Source: Tubiluchus corallicola
Taxonomy: Eukaryota > Animalia > Priapulida
NCBI GenBank assembly: GCA_030141605.1
Contig: JAQGDQ010000591.1
Coordinates: 1-26,183 of the forward strand
Length of the DNA stretch: 26,183 nt
Reading direction: 5' to 3'
This document shows, piece by piece, positions 11,879-22,786 of the stretch; the stretch's first letter is position 1; each line of letters starts with the position of its first letter. The notes beneath the pieces were generated by a model. It was not told the DNA's origin. It ran no database searches and saw nothing but the letters and a program-made list of their open reading frames with translations. The translations under genes were made by a program, and so were the position numbers.

Positions 11879-13244
11879 TCCTCACTAAGTTGTTAATGCA
11901 CAGTAATGAAGTGGAATTAGTATGTCGATTCATTGTCGGTGGGGTGGTGGGGGACAAGATTGGGACGAGTGTCGGGCTGAAAACATTGGTTGCAACAGCA
12001 GTCAATACTTGGACAGAATACTGACCAAGGTCACTGGACGACCATCATAAGATGGGATCAATTTCGAAGAAAGACCCCAGTGAGTCACGGATATTAGCGG
12101 CAAAAGCCTTTAAAAAAAAACCATGTCTATGAGATATAGCATGAGATATAAACATGACAGAGAGAAAGATCCCTTCAATGTGCAGGATGTCTTCTGCGCT
12201 TTCTTTTACAACAACATTCACGAATATGTCGCCAATTAATCCCCTTTGTTTTTATTCATCTTAGCTGTTGTTCAATGACGTGCCTACGTGTGTACTGGCT
12301 ACAACAAACTTTAACCAGCTAAGTTTCCCATCAAATTTCCATTCCACCGATGATCAGAGATGACGTCACATTTTCGCACTTTTTCAACAAGCTGATTATA
12401 ACCAGTTAATCCTTGAAACTTAGGCCAGCCACAGGAAATAATTGGAAACATAATGAAAAGAGCTCAGAAATATAGATTTTGCAGGAAAAAATACTGTGAA
12501 TTTTTCGAAGTGGACTTGTAAAAAGAACTTCATTAAAATTTTTAGTCGAGCCTCAAAGAAGTTTTACGATTTCAATTCTGCTGCCATATTATGCATAATT
12601 ATGTGTTTTTGATAAGTTTGTCCAATTTTGGATGCCTATTTGAAATAAATGGAAATTTTTTTTCATCTTTTGAAGTTTGGCAAGTTTCCTGCCGGCAAGA
12701 GTGCTTCGTAAGACACGGTCGACTTATGATTTGTCCGAAATGTACATGAATTATAATCCTAATTTTATTACAAATTCTAATTAAATTAGTACACAATACA
12801 GGTAAGAAAAGTTATCGATAGAATGTTTTTACAAAACCAAGAAAAAATAAAATATACACTAGGCAATATATATATATAGATTATATGCAAAATATCTCCT
12901 TATTTCCATTGCTTTTGAGCTAGTATTCAGAATCCGAATATGTAGTTTTACACATGAAACAGCGCTACCTAGCTATGCACACGTCACGTATAAAAGCACC
13001 ACACAGTGTTCAACACAGTTACGTAGCTTAATATTAGACTCCAAATTGCAGAGGCTCGCCCGCCATAACTAAGGTGGAGAAGCTACCAATAACTTAATAA
13101 AATTATTATCACATTCTAAATATCGGCGGCAGTCACGCTTGCTTAGGCGAAAACTAAGCGAAAATCACCAAGTTTGAACGAATTTCAGTTCTTCAAATAA
13201 CAACATAATAGGCACTTGCAAACTTGGAGCTTACAAAGACTTAC

Positions 13245-13490
13245 CACCAAAAGAAACGTTATTTAGAACACGCTAACACGTGGACCTCACGTACAGAATT
13301 AAATCCATCATGTCACCGTGTGTTGTCGTAGTAGCATAACTTTCATTTTGTGAGGTTAGTGGCTGCGTTGTATGCCCCTGGGTCATGTCCAAATAATACA
13401 GCGTTTACAGAAAGTCATTCGACTGGAACAAACACGCACCTTCCGCACCTGAGAAAAGTTGCTGTTAGTAGGCTGGCGCCATCTGCCGCT
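13245..13490 (-). promoter_or_regulatory. Candidate non-coding first exon/promoter of the SESTD1-like gene
   Basis: Strong donor GTG|GTAAGT at 13245/13244 and a CAGATGGCGC motif at ~13475-13485. The ATG exon has an acceptor, so an upstream UTR exon must exist, but its position is inferred. Confidence 0.3.
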
Positions 13491-14050
13491 AAAATGTTGA
13501 ATTTTCACCATTGCAACAGGTGTTTTTGCTTGGAAGGCTGTAAAACAGTTGGGAAAAATAAGGGAAGAAATAAAAATAATTATACATGCATGCATGTGTT
13601 GTTATGATATGATATTTTGCAATGACTTTTTGTTGTATTGCACAATAGGATCATCATTCGCGTATCACGCACTAATAAATATAATTTATGAGAAAAAAAC
13701 AAAAAGTAAGATGTTATTAAAGTCGAAAATATGTTGATTTTTAACTAATAATATGATTTTACTATATAACAGGATAACTGTAAAACATAAGTCTCTCGCA
13801 AGCTGCTAATATCACTACTAAGTTAACTAGATACAATAGTAATGTTTTATAAATAGGGGTGGCTGCTAGGTGACCATTGTGGTCCTTCACCACCCCGTCT
13901 GAAATGAGACAAATAAACTAATGACTAAGTATCACCAAAGAAAAGATCGCTTATTAATTCAGGTTTAATTATACATGATTCATAAAATTAATGTGTATTG
14001 TCGTATATAGATTATTATGTACTTTGAACCACTGTAAAACTTGCAAAGGA

Positions 14051-15094
14051 TGTAGCGCCCCACTATTTAAGTGCAATTCTGCCGCCAAAGGTAAACGAAG
14101 TTACCCCCTATTATATACGCAGTGGTACTAAATACAGAAATTTTAATTGCCGTTCTGTTAGCTGTGAAAAATCGTTTTTCATATCGACCATTAACATGTG
14201 GAACAACTTACCACAGAACATTCGTGAAATTACATCCATTTCACACTTCAAACAAGAGCTCAAATCTCATTTAAGTTTTTCGTTGCGTGGGAAACATTTT
14301 TCACTTGGTAAACCTCCAATTTCAGTGCATCATACGCGCATGAGAATCGGATTTTCTCAGCTAAACTATGACCTTTTCTCTAAAGGCTGTAAAGATAATA
14401 ACGGTCATCCAATATTGCCGAATTGTAACTGTGGATTTCGATTTGAGCCTGTTGAACACTTTTTGTTGCACTGCCCATTGTATCAACAAACTAGGGATGT
14501 TATGTTTGATAAATTAAATGAAATGCTTCTGCCTGAAAACCTTAATATAGCTGCCTTAGGAACTAATGATCTGTTGAAGTTGTTATTATTCGGAAAAGAT
14601 GAATTTAACTATGTTGCTAACTGTAAAATATTCCAATGCATACATGACTTTATATTACGTACTACTAAACGCTTCCAGTAGTTTCTATCTGATATGAAAT
14701 TCGGAAAAGATGAATTTAACTATGTTGCTAACTGTAAAATATTCCAATGCATACATGACTTTATATTACGTACTACTAAACGCTTCCAGTAGTTTCTATC
14801 TGATATGAAATGAATTTCGCTGGTATCTGTCGTGTCTATATTGTTGCAAAAGTAACTTGTAAGATAATAAATAATGCATTAGTCTTAAATATTCGTACAT
14901 TAATATTTTCTAACCGTCATTTTCTACTAATGTCTAATGTAATCTTGTAGTAAAGCTTGTCAGCTGGTGTAGTTATAGTCTATTCTTGTTGTAAATGTTT
15001 TTGTAAATAGTGTATAAAGTCTGTTGTGGAGAGGATCCTAAATCATGTTGTTCAAACTGTCTGATCCAATCCTATAATAAATTATGTTTAAACT
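14051..15094 (+). mobile_element. 5'-truncated CR1-like non-LTR retrotransposon with 13-bp TSD
   Basis: Frame open 14052-14681: APHYL..SFF..WNNLP..FKQ..HTRMRIG.SQLN..CNCG..EHFLLHC (ORF2 C-terminus with a Cys/His knuckle); 3' end ggagagg..ccaatcc..aataaattatgtttaaact; direct repeat aacttgcaaagga at 14038-14050 and 15095-15107. Confidence 0.9.
14588..14811 (+). repeat. 111-bp perfect tandem duplication spanning the LINE stop codon
   Basis: 14588-14698 is repeated at 14699-14809. Confidence 0.95.
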
Positions 15095-15202
15095 AACTTG
15101 CAAAGGAAATTTCGCTTATAGTATAATTACCATTGAACTTCATTATTAAATTCTTTTGTTGGAGTATTTATCCGCCTGAGGGCACTGCTGCGTCATTTAT
15201 TA

Positions 15203-15998
15203 CTGTAGGTTTTACACGTCAAATGTAGACACAGGAAAGTTCAAATGTGACTTAGGTAAGTCAAATGTAGACATAGAAATTTCGAATGTGTTTTGGTAAC
15301 TCAAATGTGACTTAGGTAAGTCAAATGTAGACATAGAAATTTCGAATGTGTTTTGGTAACTCAAATGTGACTTAGGTAAGTCAAATGTAGACTTAGGAAT
15401 TTCGAATGTGTTTTGGTAACTCAAATGTGACTTAGGTAAGTCAAATGTAGACATGGGAATTTCGATGAAAAGATAAAACCAAATTAAAATTCAAATAACT
15501 TTGAAAAATGCGTTGTTTATCCTCAATCCCACTTCCCAATGAACAGTGAATCACTAATTAGTTTTAAGTAATGCATTAGCACTGCATTAATGAATTAGTT
15601 TCTCTCAAGAAACATTGTTTATTTTAAGAATGTATTGTTTTCTCTAATAGTTCCAATGGTATGTAAAGTTTACAGAATATTAGTGAACTATTAGTAGTTA
15701 TACCTAGACCTATGACGTTGTTATTTTAAATTAGGAGCAATTATTAAATTGAAATTAAAGAAGATTAAATTTTACTTCCTTAAGCTTTACCACCTATCAA
15801 CATTTGAGATGCCAATGTCACATTTGACTTGACATGTGTCTACATTTGACTTACGAAAAACGCTTAAGATTTCTTGAAAACCATTGTTAACACATTTGAA
15901 CTACCTAAGTCTACATTTGAGTTACCAAGACACATTTGAATTACCTAAATCTACATTTGAGTTAACGCAGGTCTACATTTGACATGTGAAATCTATAG
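15203..15998. mobile_element. Foldback-type non-autonomous DNA element with internally repetitive long inverted arms, TA-flanked
   Basis: Left end ta|ctgtaggttttacacgtcaaatgtagac is the inverse of right end gtctacatttgacatgtgaaatctatag|ta. The left arm (15215-15465) has 60-bp units built from 20-bp tcaaatgt subrepeats; the right arm (15800-15998) has the inverse acatttga subrepeats. Confidence 0.75.
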
Positions 15999-17300
15999 TA
16001 AATTTAATGCTTTAATTGGTTTTAAAGTACCTGCGTTACAAGCACAATGGTGCTACATATAGTACAAAGCACGAATGATTTTATTTGTTTAATATTTGTA
16101 TAAATCCAGTTGTACTCCCTGAGAGCAACCACGTTCAGTTCTTTTAGGCATAACATGGAAAACTAGATTTCAAACTTCGTCTGTACCACATTCAACAATT
16201 AGAAAAACGTAAATAATATTATAATTTTACTATACAAATCAAAATGATAACAACTGCTGTTTTCTGACTATGATATTGGACTGCTGTCCGCTTTTAACGG
16301 AGGCAGGACGGATGGCACCGCGGCCCACACCGTGCGGCATGTCTCAATTAAGTCGCTCAATGTCAAACCAAAACAGAACCCGAATAATAGAGTCGAAATG
16401 ACAATTTATTACAAAATATTACAAATAGCTTACCTAAAAGAAGTGTGAAATGTGAACAGAGCTGCGATGAAAGACACGACCACTGACAAGGATCTACAGC
16501 AGACCTTCCCTTTTCATAAGCTCAGGTGTGCACGTGACTAGAGGCTCCTACTAACACAAGGTCAGAATAAGAGTCTATGTGCTAGATAAAGCCACGTTCA
16601 CACACACACCTGAGAAGTCTACTGTATTCCCCTGCCAGCATTACACTTCATCTCATCACAGCCCTGCAATACAATATGTAGGAAATTTAAGATGCAAGAT
16701 CATGCTGGTGGATGACAGGCCTAATACGTTACTCGATGTTTGTGAAGAAGTTTATATCAACAATGAAAAACAATCGCATAACCTAAAACACAAGAAAACC
16801 CTCCACTTACATAAAGCTTAAAAAACGTCATGAAATTTTATACCACTTACGTACTGCCTTTTTGAATACAAAATTTGCGTCGGTAGTAACGCTGTATAAA
16901 ACATGTTAATTTAAACTCCCGCGATTACCAGATGGCTGCGATGAGAGAGACAGATGCATGACCACATGCAAAACTAATGCATGACCACAGCAGTAAATTT
17001 CAAATATCGAATTTCAAACTTAGAATTTGAACAGTTTTTGCAGTGCAGTAACACTGTTCTTCAATTTTCGCTTACACAACCACGTACAACACGCTCGTGA
17101 AATGTTTGTGCTGTTGAAAATTATGCTAGTTTGTGATGTCATCAATAGTTAGGCTCGCCCACCATTAATACGTTCTTAATCTATTATTTAGTTATCAGAA
17201 ATGCTTTGATATTATTAAAGCTGTTAAAAAGTATACTTTTACCATACAGCCATATGAAAAATCAACCTATTTTCCTTTAATGCTACAACAATTCGTGGTA

Positions 17301-18998
17301 TCAGTTTTTTGTCAATGGTTTAACCATGGTGCTGCTGTCCATCCTAGCTTTTTCACTAGCAGAACAACCGAGCGCGGTTAGCAACATGTCAGCACCAAGC
17401 ATCAATATCTCGACCATCCCCAAAATGGACAACCCCAGATACAGTCCGGCAAGACCACCGAATTCTGCCCCCAGTTGCAGGATACCGTAATCGTACGTAT
17501 CGTTCACGACGCGTATGGGACTAGAAGACAGAGCGATCTCCAACGTGACCTTTGCCTTGAATTCCAGGTTAGCGCCGGCGATCTCATTCCAGTAAAAGTG
17601 GTAACTTTCGTGTGTAAAAATTGATCTGTTTAAGGGGAAGCAGTCTTTAGCGGTGATGTTACAGCCAACCGACCCCAGAGCGTGAGCAATATCGTCGTAT
17701 AAATAGTGTTCTGATGTGATGTCAGTTTCATTGGAATTTTCCAGCTCGTCTGCCACCGTCCGAGCCACAAGGGCCTTTATGATGTCCTTCTTGTTCCACG
17801 GAGACTCACCGAACCGGTCGGTGTTGATGTCGTAATACACGCTGTGGCACGCCTGCGGACACCTGCATTCAAGATCGGGAATGGAAACTTTGGTGTAGTC
17901 CTCTTGACAGCAGATATCGAAGTTGAAGTTCTCGATGGGATCCTCCCAGTTGTCGAAGCATTTCTCTTCGCAGCTGGTGAGGTTAGCCGACGCGTTCGTC
18001 GGAGCCAGACCGGGCTCGCAGCCGCACTTTGCCGACACGTACCTCTGAAGGCACGTCAGAAGGCACTTGTTTTTTTCATACCGGGTATTAAAGGATGCCG
18101 CATAAGCGTCTTGGGTCTCGTCGATGTCGGAGTCTGGAACACAATTACCTTTACTGGCCAGCAAATTTGACTCCGTAATCAGAACGGAGCTGAAGACGTA
18201 AGTCCCGATGCCGGCGAAATTGAAGTGAGACGGTATGATAGGCATATACTGCGGCGGATGAATGGCAAACGATATACCCGGCTGAGTGAACCGCCAGTCA
18301 TGGGACGAAATACTGTAGTGCTCCACCTCCACATACATGACCAGAGTTAGCTCGGTGGCACCGCCTAGGGTCACGGCCGTGTGTCGGTATCCATTCGATT
18401 CCGACATGTCGGATCCGAATATCGTGAAGCAGTTGCCCAGGGAATTGTGCGCAAATTTTCTACCCAGTCTGCAAACTTTTCTACTCTGAGTGTTGTTCTT
18501 GGCTCCCAACCGGCATTCTGTCACCATCTCGCCCGGCCAGTGTCCGTAGTAGTAATGCGTTTCGTTGGGTAGCATCGCCGCACTCATTTTCAGGGAGCAT
18601 TTGTTGGGAAACGCCTCGTTTTCCACGGGTGCCACTTTGGGACAGGTCGAATCTCCACATTCCTGCTGCTTGGCAAACGGACAGTCAACTTCTACCGTAT
18701 CGTACTCTTCGAACATCACCTCCTGATGATGTCCCTCGTGCTTCAAGTTCGAGTTGCAGATGGTGACGGCGGGAAAGACCACACTACTCCGGTACTCGTT
18801 GTGGGTCTGCTTGACCACCTTGTACTCAAAGTATCTCATTAGAAGAGTGACAAGCAGATATACAGTGAAAGCCGAAGCGGCGCTAAAGAGCAGAATCCAG
18901 AGGACTCGCTGCCATATCCTTCTGGATCTTGCTACATTTCCCACTCCGTGGATCGACGCATTTTCTGCAAAGTCTTTTAGTACTTCTTTCACAGTCAT
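17301..18998 (-). CDS. DEG/ENaC/ASIC-family (amiloride-sensitive-type) cation channel subunit, single-exon ORF, 565 aa
   Basis: Pre-TM1 HG motif (FAENASIHG), TM1, FPAVTICN, GNCFT, Cys-rich thumb (CLLTC..CGC..CRCPQAC), TM2 EFGGLAGLYLGLSIL with a GxS filter. An in-frame TAA 15 nt upstream of the ATG fixes the start. Visibly more GC-rich than its flanks. Confidence 0.95.
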   Translation of the reverse strand: MTVKEVLKDFAENASIHGVGNVARSRRIWQRVLWILLFSAASAFTVYLLVTLLMRYFEYKVVKQTHNEYRSSVVFPAVTICNSNLKHEGHHQEVMFEEYDTVEVDCPFAKQQECGDSTCPKVAPVENEAFPNKCSLKMSAAMLPNETHYYYGHWPGEMVTECRLGAKNNTQSRKVCRLGRKFAHNSLGNCFTIFGSDMSESNGYRHTAVTLGGATELTLVMYVEVEHYSISSHDWRFTQPGISFAIHPPQYMPIIPSHFNFAGIGTYVFSSVLITESNLLASKGNCVPDSDIDETQDAYAASFNTRYEKNKCLLTCLQRYVSAKCGCEPGLAPTNASANLTSCEEKCFDNWEDPIENFNFDICCQEDYTKVSIPDLECRCPQACHSVYYDINTDRFGESPWNKKDIIKALVARTVADELENSNETDITSEHYLYDDIAHALGSVGCNITAKDCFPLNRSIFTHESYHFYWNEIAGANLEFKAKVTLEIALSSSPIRVVNDTYDYGILQLGAEFGGLAGLYLGLSILGMVEILMLGADMLLTALGCSASEKARMDSSTMVKPLTKN

Positions 18999-19584
18999 AG
19001 TGTCCTCTTTTTATGTTTCTCTTTGTGGTAAATTAAATGTTCGCTTTTTTACCGTCACCTCTTTTGCTTGTTCTGACGCGTGTGGTATTCTCTAAACGCA
19101 ACTGCTGATGTTAAGCACTTGCTGTCTCTAGAACTGCAACATTCTCTTTACAAACGCGTTCTCAGCAAAGTTTTTAGTATTTCCTTCACAGTAATGGTGT
19201 CCTCTTTTACTCTGTTTCTCTTTGTGGTAAATCAAATGTTTCACTCTCTCTTTGTTCGCTTTTTTACTGTCACCTCTTTTGCTTGTTCTGACTCGTGTGG
19301 TATTCTCTAAACGCAACTGCTGATGTTAAGCACTTGCTGCCTCTAGAACTGCAACATTCTCTTTACAAACGCGTTCTCAGCAAAGTTTTTAGTATTTCCT
19401 TCACAGTAATGGTGTCCTCTTTTACTCTGTTTCTCTTTGTGGCAAATCAAATGTTTCACTCTCTCTTTGTTCGTTTTTTAATGTCACCTCTTTTGCTTGT
19501 TCTGACGCGTGTGGTATTCTCTAAACGCAACTGCTGATGTTAAGCACTTGCTGCTTCTAGAACTGCAACATTCTCTTTACAAAA
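18957..19584 (-). repeat. Tandem triplication (about 215-bp period) of the channel gene's upstream leader plus its first ~14 codons
   Basis: Near-identical blocks at 18957-19154, 19155-19369 and 19370-19584; the two distal copies have ATG>ATT and a 1-nt deletion. Confidence 0.9.
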
Positions 19585-19801
19585 ACTGCCCGATCGCCAC
19601 AGTGACACGGCCTCATTTTCATCTGACAATTGTCACAGTAGCAAAGCGTTAGCTCGGGAGTTCCTGGTTACAGCACACCGGGATGCGAATCGTGACGATT
19701 GTTTAGTTATCTGTGTGCAACTTTGCAATGTAATTGTAACTATTGACATTGCGGTTTTGGCTCAATTGAAACCTCGTGGTTTTGGCTCATTGATACGCCA
19801 A

Positions 19802-20100
<299 letters not shown>

Positions 20101-20119
20101 ACTTTTAAAAAAGTGAGTT

Positions 20120-20193
20120 ATGAATTTCGCTGGTATTTGTCGTGTCTATATTGTTGCAAAAGTAACTTGTTTGTACAGTGCTATTGTAAGATA
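20120..20193 (+). mobile_element. Short fragment of the same CR1-like 3' UTR
   Basis: 20120-20170 matches 14810-14860 with one mismatch, then resumes at aagata after a short indel. Confidence 0.8.
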
Positions 20194-21940
20194 TTCAGTG
20201 TGTTGTACTAAAATTAGGCAAGTTTTAAGATAAAAATTCTAATTTCAAATTACCGCTGTACTCGTGCATGAGCTGTCGAACGTATGTAGTTCGTCACAAA
20301 CTAACACATCTGAACCGAGAGGTACAGCACCCGTTTTTTTGTGCAACACATTTCCAAAATGCAGGCGCTGGTGCCCGTCTAACTATCGGATGGCGAAATG
20401 AACGTAACAGCAGAGAACTAGTGGCGCGAACTTGAAATTATGTTTCTGTGGTAACAATTCTTTCACGTAACTCATTTTTGAAAATAGTAGTATGTTTCCT
20501 TTCGATATTCTAAATATAGTAGATTGTTTTTACCTACAGTTTAAGATTGGGTTCGGTTTTGCCCTAATGAGAGACGAAGGTCCAATGTCTACAATAAGTG
20601 TTTAGACTTTCGAGCAATAGAAGAAGAAGAAGAAAAAGAAGATCAAATTATATCACTTCTGCATAATTATAAATGTCTGCTGCTTAATTCAAAATTAAAA
20701 AAATAGTTTTAGAAGTCATTTATTCTAGGTGCGTATGTGCTTTCATCAATTCAAGTTTGACGAATTCCCGAGGTTAATTTCATTTTTCTAATAATTTTTC
20801 TCAATGTTCGTACTAAACATTTACCACAGATGGCGCCACAGTGTAATTGTGTTGGCGGATATTTTGCGTTGTGCTCAGAATGTATGACCAGAGTCGTAAA
20901 TGGTGCTGAAAACCATTTACATAGCGGTGTGTTGCTTTTTGCGGGAATGGAGTGCTGCTGTGTTTACCTGTTTACCTGCCTTGAGAGCAGATCTCTTTTA
21001 TTTCAGAATTTTGTCTGTCCATTGTCTATAATGGATGGCATAATTATGATGATGATGGTGGTGATGATGATGTAACCAGAGTACACGGATATTGTTACTG
21101 CAGCCTTCTGGTCCTCATACTAAACTCGTGAAGGCGTCGACTACAATAACAAATTGTTCATGACATTGTAAAGACATGCACACAATTTAGAATTTTAGAA
21201 TCTGCCCTGTAGCTAAACACAAAAATTATGAACTGTGGGAAAGGTGACCCGCTAGATAAAACATTATAAATGATTGTATGTGTTTTGACGCTAAATTTAT
21301 GTGCTGCCGATATTTTAATGCAACTATAAATTAAAATTTTATTTACACATTAGCGGTAAATCAGATGCTTGGTAAAAATGAATTAATAATTTTATGAATA
21401 ATTGCAGGTCTATTGCTCAACGAACACATTGGTATCAATGAGTTATGTGATTGTGTCAGCGTGGTGTTGCTATGTGCAATTATTTATACACAGTTGCCCC
21501 CAGCACACTTATACTACAAATCTAAATAAACTGCATGATGTCCAAAGGAAATTTTTGAGAATGTTTAAACCCTACATGCAAAATGACTTGCCCTTTTCTT
21601 TAACGAAAGTTTGTCTACAAAGAACGGAGTTTGGCCAAATTTAAATGAAGTACAAAAAAACGAAGAAAATGAAACCATAACAATGTGAGAGACTAGGGAA
21701 GGTCTCAGGTGGAAATGAGTCTCCCAAAAAGTTTATCAAAAAACAAAACAAAAACAGTACAGTGGAAACATAACAAAACGAACCCTGACTTTTGTATTGT
21801 GACATCATTATGACGTAAAAGTTTTATATTTTACATGGTGGTGCCATGCCAATCTTGCTAAAATATAATTTGAGATGAGCACACTTGCTGAAGTTTGCCT
21901 GGTGTAACTGACATGCTTACCGTATTCGGTAGTATGCCGC

Positions 21941-21960
21941 TTCTTTTGGAACACCCTGTA
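21941..21960. mobile_element. Solo Tc1/mariner-like terminus (..ttttggaacaccctg|ta)
   Basis: Reverse complement is TA-CAGGGTGTTCCAAAA, a common mariner-type TIR start; no partner end found. Confidence 0.35.
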
Positions 21961-22062
21961 CAGATCAGCCCCACACCTAAGAAACGAGCATCATTCCTAA
22001 TGCTCACCGTTTTAATAATCTGACTTTGTCGCTGTTTTTACTGATACATATGTGTCGTCGCC

Positions 22063-22367
22063 GTCGTCATCATCATCATCATCATCTATTCGCTTCTGCG
22101 TTCTAAAAATGCCACACACTCCTATCTGCCGCCACCACTCACGATGCATCGCAACATAAAGTGAGTCTAGGGTTGTATTTGCTACATTTTTGCAGTATGT
22201 TTATATACGTCAGTAGCTGATCACTTTTTTGTTGTCTCAAGAGTTTTACGTAATGCTATAGGAAGAGGAGACTCTTGAGGAGGTAGTATTAGCGCATGTC
22301 CAATCCAATGCAATCTTCATACTTGAATTTGTTTACTCCAATGATTCTTCTTGACCACATCATACAG

Positions 22368-22408
<41 letters not shown>

Positions 22409-22524
22409 AGGAAGAGGAGACTCTTGAGGTAATCTTAATGTATGCCCAATCCAATGCAATCTTCTTACTTGTATTGGTTTACTCCAAGGATTTTTCTTGA
22501 CCACATTATACAGATCATCATCAA

Positions 22525-22566
<42 letters not shown>

Positions 22567-22715
22567 TATCATCATATCATCATCATCATCATCATCATCA
22601 TTATAATCATAGGAAGAGGAGGCTCTTGAGGTAATCTTAGTGTATGCCCAATCCAATGCAATCTTCTTACTTGTATTTGTTTACTCCAAGAATTCTTGTT
22701 GACCACATTATACAG

Positions 22716-22786
<71 letters not shown>

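Noticed and set aside
14196-14681. 161-aa ORF as a host zinc-finger gene
   Set aside because: It is the C-terminus of a truncated LINE ORF2 bounded by TSDs.
15212-15454. 80-aa repetitive ORF
   Set aside because: Arises from the 60-bp units of the foldback arm.
17844-19095. Plus-strand ORFs overlapping the channel gene
   Set aside because: Antisense shadows of a GC-richer coding region with no recognisable motifs.
19080-19537. Duplicated 76/80-aa plus-strand ORFs
   Set aside because: By-products of the 215-bp triplication, with no recognisable protein motifs.
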